Numbered from the whole stretch's first letter, positions 14,229-27,434 are shown. The stretch is 63,492 bases of DNA, filler included, from Octopus bimaculoides (GCF_001194135.2; 7 parts of 6 records of this genome joined end to end with filler, not necessarily neighbours in it), one strand, 5' to 3'. The notes: generated from the sequence alone by a model not told the origin. Made by a program: numbers and translations.

Positions 14229-14427
14229 NNNNNNNNNNNNNNNNNNNNNNNNNNNNNNNNNNNNNNNNNNNNNNNNNNNNNNNNNNNNNNNNNNNNNNNN
14301 NNNNNNNNNNNNNNNNNNNNNNNNNNNNNNNNNNNNNNNNNNNNNNNNNNNNNNNNNNNNNNNNNNNNNNNNNNNNNNNNNNNNNNNNNNNNNNNNNNNN
14401 NNNNNNNNNNNNNNNNNNNNNNNNNNN

Positions 14428-14531
<104 letters not shown>

Positions 14532-15393
14532 AGCAATAAATGTTACGACCATTGTACAATCATACAAACGCCTGTTTCTATAAAGGATTTACCACATGTT
14601 TTTAGCCTGGAAATCCATAATACGTTCTCAAAAACGAGACGAATTGTGTCATATAAATATGTATGTTCTTTTTTGAAATGCAACACATCTCCTATATAGC
14701 ATACTTGAACTAATAATCCACTAACAGATAATTCCATACGTCATCCAGCTGTTGAATATTATATTTTCCTATAAACAGTTCTTCTGTACACACGAATCAC
14801 CCATCTCTACATTCGCTTTCTATTTTCTTGTACGTCTTGTTGCTGATAATCATTAGGCAAAATTATCTGTAAGCTTTGCTTATATTGAAAATAGATTGAA
14901 TATGAGTCTGGTTCGTATAGTATTTCATATAAAAACACCATTCTTAACAAAAGGATGTATTCTTTAATGGCTACGCAGCAAAAATCATTATGAAATATTA
15001 GGAAGTTATTGCGACAACAGTAAATCATAAATCATCACTCCTTGGCGATGTATCTTTGATTATTAGTTATTAATCTAAAGTTAAGACGTAACATGAAATG
15101 GAATATGGAACTAGAGTACTATAGACGCCAAGTGCTTTCTTCATTATATTTATTATTGTTTATTGACACACATTGCAGATTTATGCATACTCACTATTAA
15201 GAGAGTTTCTTTGACTATTTGTACAAATATTCAGCTTTGATATCAAGGAGAATTGCACGCCTTGCTTTCACTACTCTGCTTCATTTGCTATATTTCGTAA
15301 AAAAATATATATTAAGACAAACAATGGTGGGAAATAGAGAACCATGCAGCTAAGCTAAAGTTATTGAAGCTTATGATATGTATGCGCGTTGAC

Positions 15394-15410
15394 TTAGTTC
15401 GTTCCGGATC
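15394..15410 (-). CDS. Candidate terminal coding exon of the ShKT gene (one of three alternatives)
   Basis: Acceptor tattatattatttattttacag|; phase 1 gives (R)SGTN-stop; two AATAAA on the minus strand near 15150-15165. Lies across an assembly join from the other exons. Confidence 0.25.
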
Positions 15411-16279
15411 CTGTAAAATAAATAATATAATAAATTTACACTTTTCTCACGCATAAGTAGTCTTGGAAGGAAGTGCAACGTGATTAGATTGAATAAAAGT
15501 AAAATCATTTAAAAACATATCAATGCCCACCGTAAAAGTTAAAAAGTAAAAGACCTTTGGTATAGTACGATGGAAATACTATTTAAATACCACAGTGCAG
15601 TTACTACTATAACATCCTTCATGACCAATATTCGTTGTCTAATCTATAATTTTTATATCAGCTCATTCGGAAATAAGTTTTTGAATTTTACGCAGAGATA
15701 TTTCGTGAGCATGTTTAGTAATATATTGAATGTATTCCTATCTTCTATAAATCTACCTAGTGAATTCCATATACGTGACTATGGTTCACAAAACTATCGA
15801 TAAGAACTGACCAACCAGTTATGCAATATTAGGAATAGTTCAGTGTGACAGCTTATCTGTAATGCTTTTCGTCATAGAAGTGAGGCCCTTGTCAGTCCTG
15901 TTAAAGAAAGGAAAATGTACATGATGAAACCTGAATTTTTTTTACCAACCTGAATCTGCATATAATTGGTCACAGCATCTTCACGGGACGTAGGAATTGA
16001 GTTTGGTCAGAATAAGTATTCATAACTAAGTGAAAAAAGGAAACATTGTCGGGCAAAAAAAAAAGAATATAAATATCAATGAACTCTCTACCTCTCTTAT
16101 GAACAGTGATGGATGCTAGAAATTCTGAAATCGATGAGAATATTGCATATGTTGATGTAAGGCTAGAGCGACAAAAAAAAAAACTTCTATAGACAGTGGA
16201 ATGTATAGACGTCATTGCTGTTTGCTTTCTATAAAACCATATCCCATAATTCTTTCGCATTACCTATGCCGCTAGCAAC

Positions 16280-16900
16280 ATTTGGTATAGTAGACTGGAC
16301 ACATGAGTAAATTCGTAACTTGGACATTAGTAGTAGAATATACTAATAGTGACTAGCAGCTTCCTCATTAACAGCGAGACTAACAAGATCTACGTGAAAT
16401 GGAGGGATTTAGTTAAAGGTATAAGGTCAGTGTAGATGGCCTTCGAGTGCTGCCACATCTTGACACATATAAATCGTCAGAACTAAAAGATCACGTGTAT
16501 ACTGATCACTTAGACAACATCTAGTGAACAGCAAAATAATCAAGTGTATGCTCACCAGTGAAATCTTAAGAGCCTAAGTTTAGACAAAAAGTGGTCTGAA
16601 TGCACAACAATTTCATGTAAACCAAGTTTTGTTGAACTGACCTTCTTAAACAAAGATGTGGAAGTGAAATTCTCATCAGACTACAAGCTAGGGAATATGT
16701 GCTAGACAATACTGATTGTGCCATACTTGTGCGCAAGATACCCTCATTTCAGTAGCTGTTTAAACATTTCCACAAGATACTACCTTCCTGTGAGGTATAA
16801 CATTGTAGTTAAGAACATCTACAATGGATATATGCAGAAAGGATTGTTCTGATGGATATTACAAAGGCACCCTAGAAAGAGAAAGTATATAATACTTTAA
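16280..16900 (+). mobile_element. Degenerate RLE-type LINE fragment
   Basis: GIVDWTHE*IRNLDI and FLINSETNKIYV remnants, multiple stops. Confidence 0.6.
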
Positions 16901-17369
16901 AAATAAAAGAAACAGGCGGAACCTTTTCCCCTAAAGAACCCCATAGCAAACTGGTCTTAGAAGGATAAGTCACATGTTATATGTAACGGGGGTGGGTGGA
17001 GCAAAGCCGTGAATCGTTGCAGAGTTCAGTTGCTCTATGAATGTGAATATCTCATAAAAAATTGTGGAAAAGGAGAACATCTTTGTAGAAATAATGTGAA
17101 GCTTACACATTAACGATTTTTGTTCGTTCCTATTATCAGGGCACTGCTTTGCGTAACAACACAGCTTCATAAAAACATTGACAATTTCGTATTCCCCCCC
17201 TCCCACACCACCACCTAAAATAGGAAAAAACGCACAGAGCTGACTGATTCGCATTCTCCAAATGCATTTGATTAGGACAATAATTTGCAAAACATTTCAG
17301 GGGCATTCTATTTGAGGTTACAGGAGAACACATAATCACAATTACATGTGAATGTTTGCATTTCACTGT

Positions 17370-17424
<55 letters not shown>

Positions 17425-18147
17425 GGGGTGCGTGCATGTATGTCTATGGGCTCATATATGTAAGTGTTTTTGGTGTCCATGTGTTGTGCGTGAATGCCTT
17501 TATTTGTGTATGCATAGCGTGCATATGTACATGAATTCATGCATCTAAACCTTAGGCCTTTATATATGTGTTTCTCTACATGTTTAGGAATAAGTATGCT
17601 TGTATGTATTCATGCATGTATAAGTCTTTAGTATATGTACGTATGGTGTACGTGTAGTCAAAAGATAAACATGTTTCATTGCAACTGCCTAAGTTTCAAG
17701 CACAAAATTCATATAAATCAGAAAAAAATATCAAATAATGTGACAAAAAAGAAAGAAAACAAACGTAATGTTATAATTTGTTGCAGAGAAGCGAGATGTA
17801 TAAAAACGGGAAGAAAAAAGAAAAGAGGAAAATTTGAATACTTATTTACTTATCACCGATGTTTAAAAGGGGAATTGAAGAAGATTTCTGCGCGGAAAAT
17901 AAAAAAAGAAAATTATATAAAAAAGTTCTTTGGTTGTTGGATCTTATATAAAATTTTGCATGTCCTTTTCGACAGAGTGAAACGGGGTCATGCAATGTCC
18001 TTCCACCATGGAAGGACAGAATGCATGATTTTAAGGAATTTGACTGCACACACACGCACGAACACTTACACCGGTGCACATACATACACATGCACACACA
18101 CATATACAAATATACATATGTATATGTATATATATATATATATATAT

Positions 18148-18247
18148 NNNNNNNNNNNNNNNNNNNNNNNNNNNNNNNNNNNNNNNNNNNNTTAATTAAT
18201 TAANNNNNNNNNNNNNNNNNNNNNNNNNNNNNNNNNNNNNNNNNNNN
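18148..18247. other. Artificial scaffold join 44N-TTAATTAATTAA-44N (also at 41759, 46057, 56186, 57979, 60140)
   Basis: The same 12-mer, with TAA in all six frames, is centred in N runs six times. Confidence 0.9.
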
Positions 18248-18643
18248 ATATAAATATATATATATATACGCACATACAAATATACACTTGTGAAAGGGCA
18301 TGGCTCAGTCGTTAGATCGCCAAGTTCACAATCAAGAGATAGTGAGTTCGATTCTCGGACTGGGCAGTATGTTGCGTTCTTAAGCAAGACAATTTATATC
18401 TCGTTGAAATGAGTTGCAACGTCACTGCTGCCAAACTTTATCGCTCTTTGCCCTTCCCTTTGGTGGGCCTAAGGCTGTAGCAGAAGACCGTTGGCCAAGG
18501 TACCATGCAGTGGGACTGAATAGGGTCCCATGTGGTCGGGAAGCAAATTTCTTATTACACATGTATGTGTGAGCCTACTTGCATAGTCCGCTTTCAAACG
18601 TTAAATTAAGCTTATATTTTGTGAAATGACGTACTATACTTAC

Positions 18644-18676
18644 TTGCTTCATACATCACGGCAGGGGCCTTACGGT
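18644..18676 (-). CDS. 33-nt exon following ShKT3
   Basis: Acceptor cttttcactttaatttttccag| and donor |gtaagt; phase 1-1. Encodes (D)RKAPAVMYEA. Confidence 0.7.
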
Positions 18677-18789
18677 CTGGAAAAATTAAAGTGAAAAGAC
18701 AAATGAGAGAATTGAAAAAAAAAACCTTAACAGAATATAGACATATCAAATTTAATATGTTGAAACATTAATTGTCTACTTAGATAGAA

Positions 18790-19810
18790 GGGAATTTTTT
18801 GTCAGATAAAGCGAATGTATTGTTCAGTAAATAGAAGGCATTATTTACTGTGAAATTTGGTTTTATGTTATCTGCACATCTCTCTATGTGTTCACTATCT
18901 GTCTGTATTCCGAGAACAGGGTCTGCTCTTTTTGTAGAGTGGTTCTCCGTCTCAATCTCATACTCGTCTGTCCTATATAGTGATGTCCACAACACGAGCA
19001 GGTTATTACATAAATTAGATTCTCAGAGGCACAAGTGAAGTTGGTTTTAATTGTGAACCTCTCTCCTTGTTTGAAAAGGAAATCCGAACCTTCAAGTAGG
19101 TTGGGACATGTTCCACAGTTTGGGCGTTCACATGTTTTAACCGTTGGTTTCGTGGTTGTCGTGTAACGTTTCTCATTTGTTAGAAGTCTCTTTAGCGATT
19201 TGTGCTGCTTTTTGCATTTGATGAATTTATGTGCTTTCAGGATGTTGTTCATTTTGGGGTCTCTAGTTAGTAAAGGAAGATTTTGCACAGTAGTGTTGCA
19301 TGCCTCATTGTTTCTAGTGTTGTGAGTTGATATATACAGTAGTATTTTGAGATGAGGTGCACTATTGTGCAAAACCTTTTTGCCAAATTAAAGGGGATAT
19401 TTATTTCGATGCACTTCGGGTGGCATGAGCTAAAAAGAAGATACTGCTTCGAGTCCGTTGGTTTATGATAGATGTCAGTTATAATTTGGTTGTCGTAAAT
19501 TGAATGTTACGGTTTATATAATTTAGTGTTGATTTGAATACCAAAAGGTTATCAAGTGTCTCCTTCCAAATGATAAAACAGGTATCTTTTCCAGTTTTCT
19601 CTATATAATGGTGGAATGGATTTCACAGTTTTCCCCTTCCTACCAGTGCAAAGATACAATTTCTATACAAGAACGTTTAAATGAAGAAAATTTATTCATC
19701 GAAAAATATAGAACACGTCTAAATCTGCACGCATAACCAACTTTGATCTCTATACGTACTTTAATTCACTAAAACATACCCATCACTGTACGTATTTCTC
19801 CATACTTTTG
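18790..19810 (-). mobile_element. Penelope-like element fragment (RT C-terminus plus GIY-YIG)
   Basis: ORF 18884-19372 has CERPNCGTC...NLIYVITCSCCGHHYIGQT; degraded RT thumb and palm remnants upstream. Confidence 0.85.
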
Positions 19811-19816
19811 AATTTT

Positions 19817-19854
<38 letters not shown>

Positions 19855-19899
19855 CCNNNNNNNNNNCTTCTGTCCACAATAATAACAATAACCAATTAC

Positions 19900-20420
19900 A
19901 AGTCTAGAACTCCGCATACCGGAAGCCAGCAAGTGTATGGGGTCATCAGGAGAGAATGCGCGCCGTTTCGGGGCCTACCTCTCGATGGCATCAATGCGCA
20001 CCGGGCCCCCCTCACTGATATGAGGCCCCGCTTGCTAGATCAACTGGTTATTAAAAACAAAGCTCAATATTTCTCTAGCCATCGCTCATTGTTTCATTTT
20101 AACCAAATCCAGTGGCTAGCCTTCTCCACTGTATTTTGGATATCACTCATGATGCTATTTACTTTACGATAAGTTAGGCCTAACGATAACAGCAGTCGTC
20201 TCACACTGTGTCCTACAAACCCTCCACATTCAAATTCGATTCGAAAATGCTCCGCTTTCCAGCCTGCGTCTTCACATTTCTCAAGGAGGTTTACATAACG
20301 GTCAATCTTTCGAGCCAGCGCGGCGTTCATATTATCTTCATGAGGAACCGTTAACTCAACTAGATTTACAACTTTTCTTCTTTCACACCACATTAAAATG
20401 TCCAGTTTTTCCGTAACTAA
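19900..20420 (-). mobile_element. RLE-type non-LTR retrotransposon 3' end (HERO-like)
   Basis: VNLVELTVPHEDNMNAALARKIDRY...GWKAEHFRIEFECGGFVG...KASHWIWLK restriction-like endonuclease, followed by a 3' UTR. Confidence 0.85.
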
Positions 20421-21584
20421 AAAAAACGTATTTAATTCATAATCGTTAGTCCGACAAATTATACATTTTGTCGGACTAATGATTATAGATGAAAATATAT
20501 GTGTGTGTGTATATGTGCGTATGCGTGTGTGCGCGCGCGCACGCGTGTGTGTTTACATATATTGAAGACAACAGACACAGTACCATCATGGGTCAGGAAC
20601 TACATCGTATTAAGAATGGCTGCAATGCAAGTAAAAGACTGGAAGAAACTTGTCATATATGCAGTCCAAAAGCGATCCGATGAAGAACCAATGAAGAAGC
20701 TTTATATAAATTCAATGACTAGCTGGCGCTGAAGTATTTTGATGTAGTTAGAGTTAATAGCAACGTGGATAATTAATAGGAAAAAGTATCCCGTTCACAT
20801 ACAATTAGCGAGTATTGCATTCTGGGTCTCAGCGTGAGTTGTTTATGGAATTAGCTGATAATTGGGATAATTTGGACGATTTCTGTCAAGCTGTGTATCT
20901 CAATGTGCATAATGGAGTAATGATATGAAATACTTTATGAAGCGTAAATACATCCGAAAACGTATTTGCTTAATAGCTTTCTTATTCATGTGTACATTTT
21001 AATTTAGTTGTTGCTATAGAATTTTATGTTAAAGATTGTTTTGATATTATTCAGGTACGGAGGGACAGCGGCTATGACTTTTGTAGGATCTTTTAAATCG
21101 GATCTTTTAATGTAGATACGTTGATATTCCAGTAGTTGTTTGCTCTTTTTGTTTTTTTCTCTCTTTTGTTTGATAGAATTAAGAGATTGGAAGATTACTA
21201 TCTATGCACTGATGAAGCTGGGAATCACGGCATTATTAAAAGGAGATTATAAATGAAAATCCGATAAATTTAGACATTTTTTAATAATAACCGAAGAATA
21301 TTTTGTTTAGCAAAATTGCTCACATATTTGCTAATTCAAACATCTTAGAAAATAAAACATGTGTGATAAAAATGCTTTTATAACAATCGCGTCTCCGTAA
21401 TTTAACGGATGTAGTGGTGTGATAAACGATTTAAAAATATCGAAACACCACTATATGCTTAAGTAATAAATTGATGCTTAGATAATAGATAACAATGCAT
21501 TATGCAGTGTTTAGTTTAAAGTAGAGTTTTCATGTTTATGTCTTTGAAAGTATGTGTTGGGAAAAGGATAAAAACTAATCTTAC

Positions 21585-21704
21585 CGCAATAATGACAGAA
21601 CCGTTGGCAGTGTGATAGCCCCCATTTGTAAAGCGATCCATGACATACATCTATCTTATAACCGGCGCAATTTGGATCTTTATCGTGACAGTTTGGATAT
21701 GGGT
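21585..21704 (-). CDS. ShKT domain 3 exon
   Basis: Acceptor atcattttttttttcag| and donor |gtaaga; 120 nt, phase 1-1. Encodes (D)PYPNCHDKDPNCAGYKIDVCHGSLYKWGLSHCQRFCHYC, spacing C-6-C-7-C-11-C-3-C-2-C. Confidence 0.92.
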
Positions 21705-22160
21705 CTGAAAAAAAAATGATATTTAACATAGTGAATCGCAAACTTAGAAGTATGATAAATGTGCCTCTGTACTTATCAAATTAGGTTTTTAAGAGATCCA
21801 AATTCAAATTTTGCAGGGATTGCTTCGATTGGTAATGAGCACCGACTTGGGAGAAATGAAATGGAGTTTAAGAAAAAAGGAACATGATGACAATAATTTG
21901 GGCATTATGCCATTTGTTGAAGGAGAAGGGGGTTATATAATGCAGTAAATTACTGGTACTCCTGGCAGCATTTTAGACCAGATGTGTGAGGTCCGAGACA
22001 AAATAAGGAAATAGATTTAGTCCCACATCCAATAACACCGGCCATCCATGTTGTCGATTAATGTTATTATGAAGCTAACATACGTGTCTTTGTCTCCGAA
22101 ATCAATTATATTTCTAATCAATATTTAAAAAGAGAGAAAAATACAATACAATCTACTTAC

Positions 22161-22184
22161 CAGGTGTGCTTCCCGTAAAAGGTA
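22161..22184 (-). CDS. 24-nt microexon (linker)
   Basis: Acceptor ctcccattattttctattccag| and donor |gtaagt; phase 1-1. Encodes (V)PFTGSTP(D), in frame with both neighbours. Confidence 0.75.
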
Positions 22185-23929
22185 CTGGAATAGAAAATAA
22201 TGGGAGAAATTATAAATTACAAACATTTCGAATATTTAACCAGGTTTACTTTCGGTTATAAAAAATGAATTTGTACGTATTACATTCTCTATTCTGCATG
22301 TTATAAATTATTAGTTTATTCTGAATGTTATACATTATCAATTTGTTTGCAAACAAGTGGTACCCAGAAGTTTTGAAACTCTTTCAGGAAAGACATTTAT
22401 TGATTTCAAAGAAGTACAAAATTCTAATTTCCTTGTTGCGTTTCGGCCACTTCGTGAAAGACCCATGGAAATCTTACATTATTTTGACTTGTTTTTATGT
22501 GTATGTACATTAAGAAAGACTGCGGTGTTGAATCGTAGTATGAGAGTGTTGAATCGTAGTTCAAAGGGTTAGTGAAACAAAACATTTCAGAAGTACTGTT
22601 CTAGAATTAGTAAATTTGATCCAGCCTTGAGTGCATGATGAGTATCGAGATGGATAGGTCATCGCTAAAAGCTAATTGGAATAACCTATTTTTCATTCCG
22701 AAACCCCACTAATAACATGGATCCTTACATTTACGACTTCTTCCCTACGCCTATCCAACCATTACTGACACGAACTCTTTCCATGTAGCAAACTGTCATT
22801 GTGAATACTGTCTATTGTTTAAATGAAGTATTCTATCCTCCTTGCATGATTCTCATTAAATAAACGTAAACAAATTAAATCTTGCAGCGCTCAACATTTG
22901 TACCACAAACTGGCTCTATCCTTATCCCTCTGTCTTTTCCCTGGTTCTCTATTCCACTAAAGTGGCTCGAAATGATGGTTAATCAGTTCATCATACGTTA
23001 GAACAGATACATTTCATAAAGAAAATGATTTGAAGAGCCAAACATAATTGTTTAGTTTCGGTTATCTTATTTCCTTAAACATTCTTGTATAGTTCCAGAA
23101 AATAATTTTGCTATAACAATATTACAGCATATATCTACCCAGTGTTCTCTTTATCATTCAGCGATCAACCGAGTGAATTGAATTCGTCGAATTTGTAAAA
23201 CTAAAGGTCAAGATGAACAAAGAGATATTGCTTCACTGAAAATTATATTGTATTACATTATACTTCGTTATATTATATATTTGATCAAGCATGTATCAGT
23301 GTTAATGTGATAGTAAATTGCACACTAAACACAGGATTATTGAACAGTAACGTAATTATATTACAATTATAGTAGCGTAGTAGTAATAATAATAATAACA
23401 ACAACAACAATATTTGATGGGTTAAGAGCTTGGATTTAAACAAACGTAAAGTTGGTCTTCCACAAATAGCTAACTTAAGAAGATACATTCCCAAAGCGAG
23501 AATAAAGGCAAAAAAAACCCAAAAGAAATTGAATACTTAATGAAAACACAAGAAACAAATATCAAAAATAAATAAAAGAAGCATAAATCCTAAAGATACG
23601 ACTCACAGACGCAAAACAAATGAAAGTGTATGTAACAAAAAAAAAAAAACTAAACCCAAAGATATCTGCATAGTATTGGCCATGAAAAAATACGAAGAAG
23701 AAGATAACAATACGGATGCGCAAACACAACTGTGTAAAACTGCAAATTTAGAAACAAATTCGATAAAATCACGAAAGAGAAAATTAAAAATGAATTATGA
23801 AAAATATATTTATCTTATAGGGATCTTGTTATGTCCAACCGACATTTATTTTTTACATAATTATCATTATTACATATAAAATACTGGACTAACATCCATA
23901 TCTGTTAACGAAGTCAGTGTTTAGGACAA

Positions 23930-24470
23930 ATTGTCGGCACTCGGTCGCTTACGACATCGAGGGTTCCAGTTGATCCGATCAACGGAACAGCCTGCTCGTG
24001 AAATTAACGTGCAAGTGGCTGAGCACTCCGCAGACATGTGTACCCTTAACGTAGTTCTCGTAGATATTCAGCGTGACACAGTGTGACAAAGCTGACCCTT
24101 TGAATTACAGGCACAACAGAAACAGGAAGTAAGAGTGAGAAAAAGTTGTGAGTTGTGGTGAAAGAGTACAGCAAGGTTCGGGATTGATTAAATAAGTACC
24201 AGTTATGTACTGGGGTCGATATAATCAACTTAATCCGTTTGTCTGTCATTGTTTGTCCTCTCTGTGTGTAGCCCCTTGTGGGCAGTAGAGAAATAAAACT
24301 CATTCCTAGTGTATTTGATGTATTGTATATAAATTATACAATACATGTAGAGCTTTAGGTGTTTTCGCTCAATAAACACTCACAACGCCCGGTCTGGGAA
24401 TCGAAACCGCGATCCTATGACCGCGAGTCCGCTGTCCTAACTACTGGGCCATTGCGCCTCCACTTAAGAC
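23930..24470 (-). mobile_element. tRNA-headed SINE, family C, interrupted by a templated insertion
   Basis: Head GTGGAGGCGCAATGGCCCAGTAGTTAGG...GGTTTCGATTCCC at 24345-24463; body at 23930-24176; 24177-24346 is foreign sequence. Confidence 0.75.
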
Positions 24471-25252
24471 AAATAAGCGTGGACTAAACAACAAAAATGG
24501 GATGAACCCACACATACCAAATGTTTTACAAATGTGATCATTATGCACAAAAATATTCTATTTTTATATCACAGAAACACGAACAAAAAAGAACTCTTGA
24601 ATACATACAAAACAGAGCGAAATGAAATAAATGAACCGAAACCAAAACGTATACTATTTATGAGCAAATCAGTAACAGCAGAAAAAAACACTTCGCAACA
24701 AAAGCACTATCAGATGGGTAAGGATGTATAATAAATTTCATAGTGTGAGACTATTGTGTTAACTATACTATTGAAACAACACTGAACAACTTTCTGACGT
24801 CATAAATACGGTTGCCTTCCGTTGGTCCAATCATTGTCTAACATTTTAAAGAAATTCAAATTTTGAACTTTAGTCATGGAGCGACTGTTATGGAAGCGTT
24901 CAAGTTTCTGTCATTATACTTCTAGAAAGAATACTAATAAACAGGTAAGAGAAACATTCATGTATATGTACATACAGGTATACGTAGGTAAGTAACTACG
25001 TACTTAAATGCATACACGCTAACATATCGGTACAAAGATTTAACGTGTGCAGACACGTGGAAATAGCATATGAAACACGTGTTTAATGTTTTAAAATTAT
25101 ATACAATACATCAAATACACTAGGAATGAGTTTTATTTCTCTACTGCCCACAAGGGGCTACACACAGAGAGGACAAACAATGACAGACAAACGGATTAAG
25201 TTGATTATATCGACCCCAGTACATAACTGGTACTTATTTAATCAATCCCGAA
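24177..25252. repeat. Perfect 156-bp inverted duplication (24177-24332 vs 25097-25252)
   Basis: Base-by-base reverse-complement comparison shows no mismatch; includes about 34 bp beyond the SINE tail. Confidence 0.9.
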
Positions 25253-25399
25253 AGGATGAAAGGCAAAGTCGACCTCGGCCGAATTTGAACTCAGAACGTA
25301 GCGGCAGACGAAATACCACGAAGCATTTCGCCCGGCGTGCTAACGTTTCTGCTAGCTCGCTGCCTTATAATAGGAATGCATTTGAGGAGAAATTATACC

Positions 25400-25640
25400 C
25401 TTGAAGAGAAAATAGTACAAACACTTCAACATCGTAAAAGAACAAAAGCTCATCTGTTATGGTCATATTCGAGGATACAGAGGATTTGAAATTATTATCA
25501 CGGAAGGAAGAGTAGAGGGCTCTAGATCAAAAGGCAGGTAAAGAATTCAGTGGATGAATAATATCAACGTTTGTTTGGCCCAGAGTGACAAAGCAGCTAG
25601 AGTAATCCTGCTTGATCGGTAAGACATCCGTTGAAGAGTC
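25400..25640 (+). mobile_element. RTE-clade LINE 3' fragment
   Basis: ICYGHIRG...IITEGRVEGSRSKGR*RIQWMNNI matches the RTE C-terminal motif. Confidence 0.7.
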
Positions 25641-25692
25641 ACGACACATGACGATGACGACAACCAATAATACATATATATATATTACTACC

Positions 25693-25721
<29 letters not shown>

Positions 25722-25723
<2 letters not shown>

Positions 25724-26125
25724 GGCGTAGGAGTGGCTGTGTGGTAAGTAGCTTGCTTACCAACCACATGGTTCCGGGTTCAGTCCCACTGCGTGGCACC
25801 TTGGGCAAGTGTCTTCTACTATAGCCTCGGGCCGACCAAAGCCTTGTGAGTGGATTTGGTAGACGGAAACTGAAAGAAGCCCGTCGTATATATATGTATA
25901 TATATATGTGTGTGTGTGTATGTTTGTGTGTCTGTGTTTGTCCCCCAACATCGTTTGACAACCGATGCTGGTGTGTTTACGTCCCCGTAACCTAGCGGTT
26001 CGGCAAAAGAGACCGATAGAATAAGTACTAGGCATCCAAAGAATAAGTCCTGGGGTCGATTTGCTCGACTAAAGGTGGTGCTCCAGCATGGCCGCAGTCA
26101 AATGACTGAAACAAGTAAAAGAGTA
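25722..26125 (+). mobile_element. Near full-length tRNA-headed SINE, family B
   Basis: Head with A-box TGGCTGTGTGG and B-box GGTTCAGTCCC, then CACCTTGGGCAAGTGTCTTCTACTATAGCC and an internal (TA/TG)n. Partial minus copies at 1150-1470, 8400-8600, 18470-18560. Confidence 0.8.
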
Positions 26126-26185
26126 TAAAAGAGTATATATATATGTGTGTGTGTGTGTGTGTGAGTGTGTGTGTGTATTACGACC

Positions 26186-26228
<43 letters not shown>

Positions 26229-26659
26229 CGTGTGTGTGCGTGTGCGTGTGAGTGCGTGTGTGTGTGTGTGTGTAAATATATATATACATATATATATATA
26301 TATGCATGTATACGAATTTGTCTGTCCCGAAGATGGAGCCTTGTATCTCTGTTGGAAACCGGTTCCCTCATCAGTGGAAGATTCATAATAATTAAAAAAT
26401 AGAAGAGACATACATACATACAATTAGTAAATAAAGACGTATTAGACCCTCATCAGAAAGTAATAAGCATAACCTGGAATTTTCATCGAAAATTTTAGAT
26501 ATACGAAGCACCTAATCTCACTAAACATTGTCTCTGTATAAATATATATACCCTTCGGATAGCCCGTAGGACTTGAACCAACATCTAACTTAAAGACGCT
26601 ATAATTTATAACTTTGTCCTTTATCTGTTTAATAATCCACATTTTCAAAAAATAGTTGT

Positions 26660-26693
<34 letters not shown>

Positions 26694-26880
26694 CAAATCC
26701 GCAGAATTTTTTAGAAAGTCTATAATAATTCTTAACTAGTACACGGAATGCTCTGGAAAGACATGATTATAGGTAGCCCCCTGATGCTCTATTGGAAAAA
26801 ATAAGTTTATATTTCACAGTGTTTGAGTGTGAATGTGGTGGATATTGTTACTAGCTATTATAAATTAAAGGTATACTTAC

Positions 26881-26991
26881 CACAAAGGTTACAATGTTGC
26901 GGACAATTGTCCACTGTCCAGCTACGTAGATTCTTGTCACAAGGGTTAAACGAGAACTTAGAGCAATCCGTCTTATCTCGACAAACACCAA
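26881..26991 (-). CDS. ShKT domain 2 exon
   Basis: Acceptor ctctttaattttcag| and donor |gtaagt; 111 nt, phase 1-1. Encodes (V)GVCRDKTDCSKFSFNPCDKNLRSWTVDNCPQHCNLC, spacing C-5-C-7-C-11-C-3-C-2-C. Absent from the ORF track. Confidence 0.92.
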
Positions 26992-27371
26992 CTGAAAATT
27001 AAAGAGTTAAAAATGTTCAAATATATATGATAGTATTTTCTGTAGTGTCTGTGGAGAGACATTCTCTTTTGATGCCTCATAATTTAACACACTCAGCGTT
27101 AAAATTTCCACTTATTTCTTTTTTATTTTTCTAAGATTTTCAGTGATTCTTGCAACCTTTTCAATAGAGTCAAAACTATTGAAAAGGTTGCAAAACGCAA
27201 CGAAAATTTTAGAAAAATAAAAAAGTAATAAATGAAAATTTTACCGGTGAGTGTGTTATAAGGCACCAAAAGAGAATGACTCTCCCCAGATACAACATAA
27301 TATGCTTCAACACACGAACTCACATAAAGAATTTTGCAAACCAATTCCAAAAACGAAATATGATAGTATTC

Positions 27372-27434
<63 letters not shown>

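Noticed and set aside
19925-19975. GAAA...CTGATGA in the HERO-like 3' UTR, tested as a type II hammerhead
   Set aside because: Stem II cannot pair (CCCC against CCCC).
26320-26375. CTGATGA (minus) and GAAACCGGTT (plus) motifs
   Set aside because: Core halves lie on opposite strands and stem I is missing.
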